From Utricularia gibba (taxonomy: Eukaryota; Plantae; Magnoliophyta), in NCBI GenBank assembly GCA_002189035.1, contig CM007989.1, positions 5,766,001 through 5,830,000 on the forward strand: a stretch of 64,000 bases of DNA, given 5' to 3'. A model generated the notes under the pieces. The model did not search any database. It was not told where the DNA came from and saw nothing but the letters and a program-made list of their open reading frames with translations. Each line of letters begins with the position of its first letter. Position 1 is the stretch's first letter. Position numbers and translations under genes: made by a program. This document shows positions 11,000-24,765 of this stretch, in pieces.

Positions 11000-13900
11000 A
11001 ATACTAAAAATTATGTATTACCACATTATGTTATAATGACACTAAACTTATCTCCAAGTTCAAACTAAGACCAATAGCAGTTAAAGAATTCAAGAATTTC
11101 ACAAACAGTAGTGCAAATGCTTAATATTTTTGCTCATAATGTATGAACTAACTATATGCAAGTGTGGTACATAGGTTACCACTCAAACATCCATAGTAGT
11201 TTCTTCTGAATAAACAAACTTAACATACCTTAATCATCAAGGGATTACTAGCGTCACTAGTTTTCCCTTCTTTTTTTTTTACAAAGATTGAGATCAAGAA
11301 AGGTTATAGGCTCAACTTAGGCAATCATTATTCCCACTCCTCATATATGGAGTGTGAGTCAAGCATCCCTCTCTTTTCCTCCTTGGGGTCCTCCAACTCC
11401 TCTAAGTTGTTTCTGTAATCTCCTTTTTCTCGTTACTTTTCCATCTACACACACTCTTTTATTGTATGTTGCTTTCCAAAATGTAGGATCTCATTCCTTT
11501 TCTTTTGATGATGCTTTTATTGACGCTCATTCTTATTGTCATCAATGTTTTTTAACAATCAATATCCCATCAAAAGATAAGATATGCTAGTTTGTATGAA
11601 AAAAATCTTAAATGCACAAGTCTAATTACATTGCACATGTTCCTATCTCATGAAAATGATCAAGATAAAATTCATGCTCATGGGTGTATAAAGGGTTATA
11701 ACAAAATTCATGCATTCTGTATATCATGGAAAGCATTGCATATATGTTTTGAAATTCCTCAAACAACTTACAAAATCATCTTAATCTCGAACTATCAAAT
11801 CATTCCTAAGTTAGACTAACAGTAAGGGTTACGTAATACTAGTGTTCATTGATCCACAATGACATAAATGAAAAAAATAAAATATAAGCAATAGTAGCAA
11901 TTGGTTACTAAACTAGTGAGGATCCCTTCACTCAATCTTTCAGTTATTTGACTTCTCAAAGCAAATCCTCAAGTCGATCATAAACCATTTCGATCCTCTA
12001 CTTGTAGTAACAATCCTTCTTATTCTTCCATTTTGCTAGTGGTTAATTCAAGGTTCGTCTATTTTACTTTAGTAGAGCTGCATCACTGCGAATTCTTGCA
12101 AGAGATCAAAAAAAAAAATCTCCTCTACAAACCTCAATCGGTCCAACATTTTTAAGAAAATGAGCCCTAAGTTGGGGGCAATCTTTGTTCCCACATAGAA
12201 AAATTCCAGTTGTGAAGTTTCATCGCCACATAGTGTTTGAGCTAAAAGGTTGATTACATTATCGAATCCATGATGATTGATGGTGCTATGTTTGTAATCA
12301 TGATTCATTTGCTTCGCTAAAATAGCCTCTAAGTTCAAAGGTTTTTTGTACAACAGACACCACACAATAAATAATTCATGTTTATACAAAGAATTAAATC
12401 CAAGAATACATTCAAAAGCACAGCATACATCAAGAGGTGTGCATATCTCATAGCAAGATTGGTAAATAAATCAGCCATCTGTTGGTGTATGTGTTCTAGA
12501 AACAATCAATTCATTGGCAAATCTTATCCTTTGATGTTTACCTTGAATTGTGATCAAGTTTACATCATTGATAAAATCCTCTACTTGATTTATGTGCTAT
12601 AGAAATTATGATGAGATCATAATATGAGATTCTTCAAGCATTTATGTTCAAGTTAAAAAACTCTCTGGCTAGAGTGTTTGTGAAATGAGGATATCACAAA
12701 TACGGATAAGTTGGCATTGAGTTCCCTAAACTGTTTAGGCAATAGTTCTCACAATTGATGTAATGAGATTACTAGAACCTATGTGTAGGCGTCGATTAGA
12801 GAATCGATTCACTGGATGACTCATCTTCAAGATGCTACTGTGGGAAGCTAACCAAGTGTCAGTAGCAAGATCTTGAATATGATAGCCGTGCAAGTAAGCT
12901 TAGACTAGAGGTCAACAAAGTTATCTTGATCTTGAGATCACATTTTCGCTCATTACTAATAGGAGCCTAACCATGGCTTGCCTAGTATGGATGAGTAGGG
13001 ATGTGACTCCTTAAGGTTGGAGATAGTTGATTGATCAATAAAGGATTCATCACTCATGTTAACAATGAGATCATATCTCAAGTAATTGCATCAAAGCCTA
13101 ACAGTAAGTCCTGGGCCCAGGGTAATGACACTCGAATTGTTTGAGTAGGTTATTGAGTGTTAGTGCTTGAATGCAATTATAAGTTCGATACATAAAAAAG
13201 ACACACATCCATGTTCTGGTACCGAATGAGATATAAGTATGATGAAAGCTGTTCATTGCATGGTGGCTGGTCATGGAAAGGCTCAATCAATTCACCTGAT
13301 TATTCTTTAATCTTGGGGATCATGATATGTTGCTAGACATCATTCATGATCGATAATGATGGATTTGATTAATTAAGAGTTAATTAATAAATCCATTATT
13401 ATGGCCTTGATTGAGGAAGCCTATAGGGTCACACACAATAGTGGAGTCACTCATCGATATAAAATAGAATGACACAATTACATGAGATGTAATTGGTAAA
13501 TTGGATAAATTAAATAGAGAATTATTTTGAGATTAATATTGATTAAACTCAAAATAAAAGATCTCATATAGATATGATTTGGAACATATGCATGTCTCCA
13601 CAAGATAAGATCTTTATGGAGATATGATTTGATTTATCAAAAAATATCTATAAAAAAGATTTAGATCTTGAGATCTGCTCCAAAGGTCTTCGTGCTCTCT
13701 GAGACTGATCCACAAGGGCGTTTGTCTCTATTAGCACCTGAGGAATTCGACTAGCATTCAAGATCCTTGAGAAGGTTATTGACAGAGTGCTCCACGGTGG
13801 ATACCATAGAGGCCGTCTGCTATTGGCGGTTCATGAACAACGGAGTCATCTGAAAGATATTTTGAACATCCCTTCGTCTGATGTATATCATATTCCAAGA

Positions 13901-14250
13901 TCTGCGTTTGAGGTTTCTCAAAATTTTTAAATTCCGTTGCTTTTGTGACATACAATGTCTACAAGAAACCCAACACCATCGTACCCTTAGGCTTCAATTC
14001 TATTAAAAATAAAGTTGCATATCTAAGGGAGTAGAATGAAGAGCTTTGCTATAAACTAGAGTGGTATGTGAGCTGTTAGGCCCACACCGGACCATCTCTG
14101 AGTGGCTCCAAGTCACAATGGAAGTTGATTATCTTGGACGTAAATGATATGCTCGTAGACATCATATTGAAGGGTGGATCGTCAAGGTCATGAATCTCTC
14201 CAAATGAATTCATATATGACCGATTAGGTACCTCTTTTATTAGTACAACA
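11000..14250 (-). mobile_element. Athila-like 3' internal remnant with ORF2/env-like fragment, interrupted by a solo LTR
   Basis: ORF 12069-12389 (ELFIVWCLLYKKPLNLEAILAKQM) resembles Athila ORF2-type proteins; boundaries approximate. Confidence 0.4.
12480..13975 (+). mobile_element. Solo LTR, copia Angela-like, 1496 bp
   Basis: TGTTGG...CCCAACA with perfect 5-bp TSD CCATC (12475-12479, 13976-13980). Homologous to 60263-61628 (inverted). Confidence 0.9.
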
Positions 14251-15792
14251 TATGTTTCTATCTTTTATATACATTTGTGTATTAACACTTATTGAGAGAT
14301 CATAAAAACTTTTTGATTTAATGTATGCAGTCTATCTATATCCATATACCCACAACTTTATGGGTAGTGCTTGGATAATTTCGATATAGACATCTAGTCA
14401 TCCTAAAAATCACACACTAATAAAATGATTAATATTTATTGTACCTTTAAGATGTTTTTATTGTACTAGCAAACAATAAAAATTTAGGAGCTATATTATT
14501 CATGCCAACATTATATATTACCTTTTTAATTTATAAATGTAAGTACTATTTTTCTTATTTTCTTTATAATTTGCAACTTCTAATAACATTGTTCTAGACT
14601 GATTCCATGCCATAAAATTTATGAAACATTTTGTTTCAGATCATTCCATCCATGAATTTTCCAAGTTGCTCCAATTGGTTCAAGTGCGATAGGAACTTTT
14701 GTTTTTTTTTTTCTAATGGTAATTGTTTCTAGAGGATTAAGCAAATTGTAATCTCTTATCTCTAATAAGCTAAAAATAAGTATATTCTCTAGTGAAATGA
14801 GGTGTAAATGATTTACTATATCTTATGATAATGTTCCTAAGTCATAGTGGCAAATATTTTCCAAAATTATCAAGGTCATTGAAATGAAAAACACAAATGT
14901 TTTTCTCCCAAATGAATTTTTCTAATGTGATTGAAAAATCCCAGAAAGTTATCAAAGCCAACGGCAATGAGAATAAGGAGTAGGCAAATTAGATACGATA
15001 AATGCCAAGCTATATATCCTTCATGCAAAAATACACCAACAGCCAAAATAAGGTATAGAAGAGGTGTGAAAAGACATGGCAGCCAAAAAGAGGGGATAAG
15101 CGAAAATAATACATCACAATCAAACTAAAAAAATTAATTAACAATGACAATGTTATAAAAAGTAAATCGAATTATAACTTGAACACTATTTCTAGTTATA
15201 AAAAAAATTAATTGAATCAAGACCAATTCAACTTGAGTATAGGTATTAAAGCAATAATGTCATATCAAAAAATTAAAATAATATAATCAAATATATAAAA
15301 AATTAGAGATTATTAATAATTGATTGAATATATTTTTTTCACATATAATTTATATTTTTTTGTGTATTTGAACTTCACATATGTGATGTCAGACCCATTG
15401 CATCCTTAAATTTGAACAAAAACGAGATCGAAAGCATGATTTTAGCTTTTAATGGTGTTGGTTTGAAATTTTACCGAAAACATAGTTTTTCAATTTTGGC
15501 TTCTCTTTATGCGTTTTTCAACATCCTTGTTCTCCAACTTTCTTAGCTTCACACATCCTTGTTCTCCGACAATGCGGTGTTTGAGTTGTCGTCCGTGTGA
15601 GGAGTGCACACTCTTTTCAAAAATTGGCAATTTTGGGGGCCATATCAAATGCATTGCCTCACATGATGCAATTGGAAAAGACTTTGAGAACGCAACCCAA
15701 AGCTAGGAGCTTTCTGCATATATCTGAATCGGGTGTTCTCGACAAATTTCAAAGTTCAAATTCACGGCACAGCGTACTCATGAGTTCATGCA

Positions 15793-17026
15793 TCAGTCTT
15801 CGGATTCCACTGGAAGCCCTTCCTTGAACCAGGTATAGGTTCCTCCTTCCAGATGGAAGACATTGGAATAGCCATTCAGAACCAGCAGATAAGCTGCTAT
15901 GAGTGACCTGCAATGTACTTGTTATAGGTTGTTGCTTTTGCACTTTATAGAACATGAAGACAGCTACATTACATTCTGCAACACATGAGCTTGATATGGT
16001 ACCTTGACTGCTGGCCCTCGGGGAGATTTTGTGATGGCCTCATTGTCCCTCCCGCTGAACATGCCACAATGATCTTTGCATCCTTGGCTAGTTTGGACTC
16101 AACACCTGCGAGGTATACATAAGCTTTTAATCTCATGTTGTATACCATACACACAGAGTTTGATAGTAGAGGTGAGCTCATGTTACTTTGCAGAAACTCT
16201 GGGTTCTCTTCAGTTCCTGAAAATATGCCGAAGAACGCAAATGCAGCCCTCCTTGCAATGTCCCAAGCTGTCCACTCCTTTATCAGCCTGTAGATTTGCA
16301 CACCGATGGCTCCTGCTGGGTGACCCTAACATTCACACAAAGGAAAAGCACTGATGATATACAAGCATTCGATCCTCCATTCCAAACAAGAGAATTATTT
16401 CTTCTATCCATCGATTGAGCTCTAGGTTTGTGAAATGAAAATGCATTTACCTGTTTGAATTCAGCCTCCGGCCGTACGTCAAGAATCACGAAGTTGTTCT
16501 CGTTTTGAAGCCTCAAAGCCTCCTTGACATCCACACTTCTCACCTATGGAATCTCAATACCACCACCTCCTTTTATTTCTTCAGTTTATAGTCTACTCAA
16601 TGATGCATATAACTCACACCATGCTTCCCATAGACATGATTGGAGCTTGAATTTTTATAAGCATTGTGTTTCAGAGAACTCTAGCGGAACTACTAACCTT
16701 TTTTTCCAGAAGAACCTGCCTCTTGACCTTCCATTCTTCTTCAGCTGGTGAGAACAAATCGTATCAGTTCATTGATTAATAAATCTGGTTCAACATAAAA
16801 ACACCCTGATTCAGCTCGACCCAACAAACAAAACTTATCAGAACATCGACAAACCTGGAGACTTGGGGCGCTTTGTTGCGGTACAGCGGATAGTGAGGCG
16901 TGAATAGTTGAGCGATCTCTTCGTTGTAGCTGCGTCGAGGAAGACTACTTTTGCAGAAGTGGAAGGAGATTCCAGAGACAGAGGAGCATGAAAGTTGTGT
17001 GATCTGATGGGTGTGATGCACGCCAT
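15793..17026 (-). CDS. STR14: Rhodanese-like domain protein 14, chloroplastic; exons 17026-16855, 16744-16698, 16543-16451, 16325-16187, 16105-16003, 15907-15793; 222 aa
   Basis: VRSVDVKEALRLQNENNFVILDVRPEAEF, IYRLIKEWTAWDIARR, IIVACSAGGTMRPSQNLPEGQQSRSLIAAYLLVLNGY. All five introns are GT-AG with consistent phases (669 bp CDS). Ser/Thr-rich transit peptide. Confidence 0.95.
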
Positions 17027-17559
17027 TTCTCTTTTTTGGTTTAGATCCCAGAAGAAGGAGATGATTGATTTTGTGCAGCAGTTTTAGACATTTGGATAGA
17101 GTAGAAATCAGTTGGCGTGCTTTCAGCGTCAGGAAATCTAATCGTGTGGAGCAGAGATGGCGTGCCTTCTTCCGCGTTGGATGGATTTCTTCACATTAAT
17201 TTTTGATATTTTTGTAAAATCGGATTCAAACTGAATCAGGGAATTGCGACTCGCTTCCATGGTTTCGAGTCTAGTTTAAAAAATGATAAATGAGATATAT
17301 AAAATTTAAAAATATTCCAGTCCAAATATAATTAGTTCAATTTTTACAAATTAATATTCAAAATTTAAAAATTACAAGTTTTCAATAATAAACATTTTAG
17401 ACAAAATTTTCTTTCTTTGAAATCAGCATAGTGTGCTTGTGATCTTTCCGTAGCCAATAACTCATCTTGGATAAAAAAATGCATACTTCTAAAGCATTCT
17501 CTCCAAATATTGATCCGCCTTTAATCTGAGTGTCCGACCATCTATATCAAAAGCACTTT

Positions 17560-19450
17560 ACGAGGTGATCACAAACATGGAAGGAGATAAAATATCTTTG
17601 GTTAATTTAGCCAAGATAAGATAATTTGTGGCAATGGGTTTTCACCAACTCAAAATATCAAAATAATCATCTATTGAAACTACACATAGTACTATATTGT
17701 AAAATATAAAATCAGTATGTTAAATAAAAGTGGAAATAAAACTCCCTATCAAGCTTTCCCAAGTAACAAGATCCTCTTTGTTGAGTAAAGCACAAAACAT
17801 TTTACTCTCTAAGGGTCTCTTCATGGTGGTGATGATTAGAAGACTGTTACATGAGTCAATTTACCAATTAACCTCAGTTAGAATTAATGATGTGTACTAT
17901 ATTGTGATATTTGACAAAGGTATGCCTTTGATTACTAACAAACTCCCCAAAGAAGGGGGATTCTAATGCATGGAACTGAAGATAATTAAGTTAGAAGAGC
18001 ATGAACTATTGTTATGAAAAAATGATGCGAAATAATAGAGTATAATGAACCTACAAATGAGAATTGTGGCAATAAGACTATGCATTAACTGGAAAGTGTT
18101 TTTGATAAGTTAAATCTCAACTGATTTGTCTATGACTAGTGTGTTGGCAAGTTAAGCAATCGCAGTAGGTGCTCTTATGGAGAGGCTCACTCCTTGAGCA
18201 CTAGCATTATTGACTCCTCGTCACTCTAATTTGTGTCCCACTTTGGACTATATCCCATCATCTTCATGTTCTTCTAGTGCTAAGGTTGAAAGTTCATCAT
18301 GTTCTTCCATTTCCTTCAAAGAAGCTTGGTGAGCAAGTTCTATCACCGAGGGAAAAACCTAACATATATCTAATTATAGGAACATTAAGGGTTGGAATTA
18401 CTTGATGGAGCCTAAATGCAAATGTTCTCATCTCTCATCATTTAGGTCCAGCTCGAAGAGTGTGATTGCACATTTTGATTTCATAGGAGGAAGCTGAGTT
18501 TGCTTTTTTGGACAATCTAAATCTATTCTCTTTCTTCAAAATAGTGCATGTAGACTTCAGGAAATGCATTTCTTCATCCAACTACTTATTCTCTTGAGCA
18601 CCAACCTCGAACTACTTTTTCTCTTGGATGATGGACTCCAACTTATGTATCACCTTGGCAATGCACTTCTTCAACTAAAAGAGGTTTGTGTCTACCATAT
18701 CGTATTCATCTTTTTCTTTGGCTTCTTCCTTGATAGTCTCTTGATTCCACATTTTCCTCTGCTCGGCTAGAGCCTCCTTTTTGTAGAGGGCACCTAGAAG
18801 CCATCAATGTTTCCTTAACCACAACCTTATTCATTGGTCAAGGATGTCACTTGAAATTATTGATGGAGGGTCTAAGAACATTAAGGAGTGTAAGAATCTA
18901 TTAGATGAAAATTAATCTAATGCGATTACACCTCATTGGTTAAAAAATTACTTGATATAGAGAGTTGTATAACTCTTCAATATCTGAAATGGGATCACCT
19001 ACTTTCTCTAATAAGGGCCTAATGCTTGTGTAAAAAAACTATTATGTGGATGTTCTCCACCCTTGTGAACTTGAAAACATCATCTATTGACACTCAACCA
19101 ACTCTCTTCCCCTTGCAAACTCAACCACTTGAGTGTTTCAGCCAAGAGATCTACCTCATTTCTCAATAAGGAGTAATTACCCTTCTTCAAAGAAGGGTGA
19201 GTGTAGTGGGTCTCCACTTCTCATTCATTGAGAATGCAACTGTTTTGTGACTAGGACAGGTGCATTTATGGTGGCTCAAGTGCCATTGTAGGTATCAAAG
19301 CCAAATCGGGGCTAGTGCCAATGGTGGAATGAGGTAGCACTTTGCAAGGATGTTGAGTGTCTAAGAGGAAGGTGAATGCAAGGCCAAGGGCCTTGTGATA
19401 GTTATGGTATTCCACACTGGTTACATCGGGGGAGAGGGCATGTTTAAATA
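17560..19450. mobile_element. Highly degenerate copia-like debris
   Basis: GNKTPYQAF-like integrase end near 17720 and AAGGGGGA purine tract near 17955; coiled-coil gag-like remains on -. Weak evidence. Confidence 0.3.
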
Positions 19451-19460
19451 GAAGGATCTT

Positions 19461-20030
19461 TGATAACACATATTTTTGAGTGATTGAGTATAGGGAAATA
19501 ACTCATATTGTGCTACAAAAATTAAGTTTTTCTACCTAATTCTATATTTTTACGCATTGTTTGAAAATTAGTCCTAATCTTCTAATGGTTTTCTTTGAGC
19601 AATGCAGCACATGTCGACAACACAAATCCCAAGGAGCCGAATATGAACAGTGTAGTGGTAGAGAATGAGGCAGAAGTCTAAAAAGGAGTACACACAAAAT
19701 CCAATAAGGAGAAAAAAGGAGGATTTTGGACAAAAAAGGGGACAAGGTGGATAGAGAAAAAAATCTCCCCAATTGGAGACTCATGACATTCTTTCAGGAG
19801 AAGGTTTTCTGGGGGTGGGGGGTGGGGGGGGGGGGGAAGGAGGAAGATGAACAGCAACGAAGCTGATGCTTGAAGATTATTTTCTGTTTTCAAGGAATCT
19901 TACTCTTAGCTAAGAGTAGCTAGTGACATTTTTTAGTTTTCTGTTGACATTTTAAATTCCTTGCTTGTTTATTTTCTGGTAGTCGACTGTGAGATGAGTA
20001 CATTTTAGATGATGTTTTCTTTTCTATTTT
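19461..20030 (+). mobile_element. Athila-like LTR, 5' part (truncated)
   Basis: Starts TGATAACACATATTTTTGAGTGAT; colinear with 59875-60262 plus 61629-61830. Confidence 0.8.
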
Positions 20031-22547
20031 CTTCTCTTGCACGCATTCCTTCCTTTTTCAGAACGTTGCGACTCTTCCATGGAAAACTTTCTGCTACTCC
20101 TCCTCCACCGGAGTGCTTTACCCCTGGACCCCCACTCACACCAGACCTCATTTATGCGGATTTCCTTGAGGACCGGGAAATTTCAGAACCCCCGATGAGG
20201 GTAGTCCCAAGAGTGCAGCCCCTACTACTGCTTGAAGGAAATTCGTGAGTTGAGAAGAACTGTAGGAACCCTAAAGATGTATTTGGAGACCCTGCTTCAC
20301 TTTCAGACATGCATAAGTCCTACTGTTCCTCCTAAGCCTTGACTGACCTTTACCCTCTTTGTTTTGTAAATTTTGTTTTGTGTTTTATGAGTCTTTGCAT
20401 GTGTTTTGTAGTTGTTTGTCTGTCTTTTGTTGCCTCGAGTACTGCTGAGCATGTTTAGGAATTTCGGTTCATTCTAGACATGTAGGATACCTACCTCTTC
20501 GCTTCTGTGAGGACTCAACCTTTTTAGTTCTTACCTGCGTAAGACTTATATTAGGGTAACCAGATTTTGTAGAAAAGTGCATGCATGCGACCTGTGTTTT
20601 GCTCTATCTGCACTAGACTTTCTTGTGAATAGCTTGTATGTGGCCTGCTAGTATGTGGATGTTTGAGGAGTGATGAGTTAGACACATAGATTGTGGCTGA
20701 TGTACATAAAAAAACCCTAAAGGCAAGCTCAAATCTAAAAAAAAAAAAAAGCCGAGCTATATGTAAAAAAAAAAAAAAGAGGCAGAGAGGTACAAAAGGC
20801 ATGCACACCAAAAAAGCCGTGCTGTAAAAAAATATATCTTATACAAAATAAGAGTTTGAGGCTTAGACACTATGAACTCATCATTTTCCCTGAACATAAT
20901 CAGTGGTCTGGCCAACCACTCTAGGAGGAATAAGGATGAACACAGGAGGGGAATGTGACTAAGTCGTAGTGGAAGAGTTCTCAAGTCTCTATGTTCTTGT
21001 TTAGTACCTCCATGTGCATCATTTTCATTTTCAGCCATCATTCTTGTTACAAGTCGTATGTGTCTTGCAAGGTAAAACCCATACATGTCACTGTTAGTCT
21101 GTTAGGATCAAGTTCGTGCCCGTGCAGATGTGATTTTTGAACACTTGAAGCATGCGAGTAACTTCTACTATCTGTGCTTGAGTGACACTATTCTTAACCG
21201 CACTTGCTACCTCTTCTCTTCAAACCTTGCATGGATAGCATGAGTCGAAACCTTTTCTTTGCCTCATCAGACTCAATCTTCGATTTTCTATTTTATTTTC
21301 TATTTTAGACTTGAGGACAAGTCTAGAGTCGTTGTAGGATAGTGTGATAACACCGTTTTTATTGTGTTTTTATATATGTCTTTAAGTGTGTTTTGTAGGG
21401 TTAAATGTTGTTTAGGGTGCTAAAATGTCTTTTTTTGCATATTTAAACTGTTGAAATATGTTTATTGTGAAAACAGGCTCAATTGGAAACAATTGAGCCG
21501 AAAACTCTAATATTTCGTCTAGTCTATATTTTAAGTCTTACCACGGTAAGAGCTAGTATTGTAGTAGCGCACTTTCCGCGTTGACAAGTCAAAGGAGACA
21601 GAAAAGCTGTACAAAAGTCACTTTCCATCAAAAGTAGCCGCCCTTCTGAAAAAATAAGATTTGGAGCAGAGATCTCCCTTCTAGAAGACTGAGGAAAAGA
21701 CAATGCTACCCTTAATTTTGAGCTGCAAAAGGGAAAAGGAAGGGAGAGAAGAAAAAGAGTACATTGTGCACACAGAGGGCACAGACAGCGAACAGGAGCA
21801 AGCGGGAGCGAGGAGAACGTTGTTTCTCCGGCGACCTCCAGATCTGCGTGTCTACACCACCGTTCCGGCCAGAACTTCGATTTCTAGCAGATCTCCAGCC
21901 CACAGAAGCATCCTGCAACTTTTATTTATAGATTTCTGCACTCCCTTTTCTGCGTGAACTTGCTACTGTTATTGTCGTCGTTTTTATGCTTTCTGTTGTG
22001 TTTCGGTACCCTGTTGTGAACGAGAAACTAGTTGTAGACCTTGTTTTAGCTTATGAACATGATGTTGTTTACCCTATTCGTGCTTTGCCTTACGTTTAAC
22101 GCGATTTGCTGTTCCTGCTAACCATGCTCTGTTTCTGCAAACCATTACTCTGTTTTCAAGCATTCCAAAGCTAGGTTTAAGTCTATGGGCTCTCTTGAGT
22201 GATACAAGAGCTAGACCCTGATGTAAAACCCAGCCAAATTACTTTTATTTTATGTTTTCTGCACCTTCACGTTAATTTCAATCCCTTTTCACCCTTGCAA
22301 CTCGTTTATTCCAGTTACTTTTATTTTAGATCTTACCCACGTTAGAACTAAACTCCAGAAAACCCCCCTGTTTCCAGTAAATGTGTTAAACTTCAGGAAA
22401 TTACAACTATTCCCTGTGGATTCGACCCTTGCTTGCCACACTACATTAATTCTTGTGATTTGTGTAGTATATTAGCTTGGTTTATAAATTTCTTTTGATA
22501 CGTTGAATGTGCTAAACCGCGATATTTAGCAACCCATTCCAACGTCA
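20031..22547 (+). mobile_element. Athila-like 3' end: ORF remnant, 3' non-coding region and 3' LTR (21345-22547)
   Basis: TTGAGGACAA motif upstream of TGATAACACC at 21345; CCCTGTGGATTCGACCC near the LTR end; ends CGTCA. Confidence 0.7.
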
Positions 22548-24765
22548 ATCAGATGCACACTCCTATCTTTCAAGCATGTTTGAGGCAACTTCTTATAGAG
22601 TTTTTAGCCACTAGATGATACGAGATTGAAGAATTGTAAAGGAAAAAGAGCAAAGGGATTGCAACTATGTGAGTTAGAAAAGGAGGTGGCACCCCTCTAC
22701 TGATTCCATGAAACCAAAGCCAAAAGAACCTCTTGATCTTGGCTTCTAAGGTTGCTAGATTGATGTTACTGAGTTCAAGGGGATGCAACCATGTACGTAA
22801 ATGGTCACATAACTAATAGAATCATAATATGTTAAATATTATTGCTTAATCTTCATGTTACTTAGTAAGCCTTTATTTTGTATGGTTACATACTTTCTCT
22901 ACATGACCTTTTTGATTCTATGTATTGCATTCAATGTCTCGATCACTAATTAATCCAGGAAATGAGCGGTTAAGATAGGATTAAGTATTGTGATCTAGGT
23001 CATAAGGGAAGGAATCTCATTGCTAGCCATTTTGGTGTCTCTTGATTATGGACCTAGGTTGTTGTTCGAAGTGGAGCTCGCCTCCAAACTAGTCGTTATA
23101 TTTCTAGATTGTTTTTGTGAGTTCTTTAAATGTCTTTGTAGGGAGTTGTGTTCACTAAACTAAGTATGTTGTCCATCATACTTTATAGTGGTTATGTGAA
23201 TTACTTTCTTTTTATTTCATCTCTTCCTATGTGATGATCTATAAACTATATCCAATCTTCCTATGAGTTTAAGTTAATAGTATAATAAGGACTTATGTTC
23301 CTTTTTTGAAAATATGACATCAAGGTCTAAATTCATAAGGTGTGAATTTGGGGCTTAATGGTAGGAGACTTCTTAGCTTCAGCTTTGTAAGGCACTTCAT
23401 GATCCTTTCACCACTTGAGGCATATTCTTAAACTGAACTCTTGTTGGTTGCAAGCTTTTTTTTTGTACATCACATTCCCCACCAACATAGGATCATCCCC
23501 TAAAAGACAATAATGATGATTAACATTACCTTGCCTTTGTGAGGTACTACTTGCATCATTTTTGGGATGGAAGAAGTTGTAGGGATGGTCGAAGTCTTTA
23601 AATAAGTGTTTTAGTTATGATAAAGGATCCTACATCGGGTTCCTCAAGTGACCTCTTGTTGATTGTGACTCTTGATCAAGTTGTTCATCTTAGATCTTTC
23701 AAAATAAAAAAGACAATATAGATTCGTTCTTTTATAAATCTAAGGAGGTAATTTGTATCTCCATCGAGCTCTTCATCCTTAGGAGTACCCTTGAGCACTT
23801 GCTTAAAGCTAGAAGAATCAAGAGATCATGGAAAACCAAAAATGTAATATAGACTATATTGATGTAGGATGATATATATATACACAAGAATTAGATAAGA
23901 AACAAGGAATGACATTTTGGGCATAGAAGAACACCTCCGACAAGAAAAAGGCTCTAGCGTTATTGTTTTGGATTGGACCTTATTCTTATGATTTTGTAAT
24001 TTTATAGCATAAATCCCTTCCTCAGTACATGAGTATTCTCGATTTTCTTGTTTCATAGGTTGTATATAAATATTTTTTTATCTCTTTATTTACTTTTCAT
24101 AATCTTACATAGAAAAAAGTTAATGTTATTTTAAATCTAGTAAAAATTACTAAGAATCATTAAAGACAGTAACATTCATGTCATTTCTTGTGTATTTGAT
24201 ATCATCATTAAATTTCATTATTATCCGAAACAAATAATAGCATTTCATCCTCATCAACTTCATCACTAACATTTTTGTATCATTTCTTGATCTAACTCTT
24301 TCTGATTCTCATTATTATCATTAAAACCTTTCTCATCTAAAAGTATGGAATGTGACATACTATGTTTTATTCTCTAACATCATATTAATTATAAACACCT
24401 ATTTCATCAATGTTACTCATTTTCACACCTATTTTTTGGCCTGCATAGAGTAATTTTAGACTTTCCCTTGGAAGTAGTCAACTTTATGATATGACTTAAA
24501 AAGAATAATTCATATTAGATTAAAAGCGTTAATAATATATTTTTTATTCACACGTCACCTCTTAACACCCCTCGCACATTGCTTCTGTGCCTGAGACTCT
24601 CCGATAAAAGAAAAGGGATTCTAAAACGATATATCATCACCGGAGTCACCTCTCGCATGAGGCAGATGTCCGACGGCCCCTTGACAACTATGCACCACAC
24701 CACGAAGACTAGTAGTAGAAATCCTTCTACCAATGCTACAAACATAGAGTGCTACACGCTCAGCA

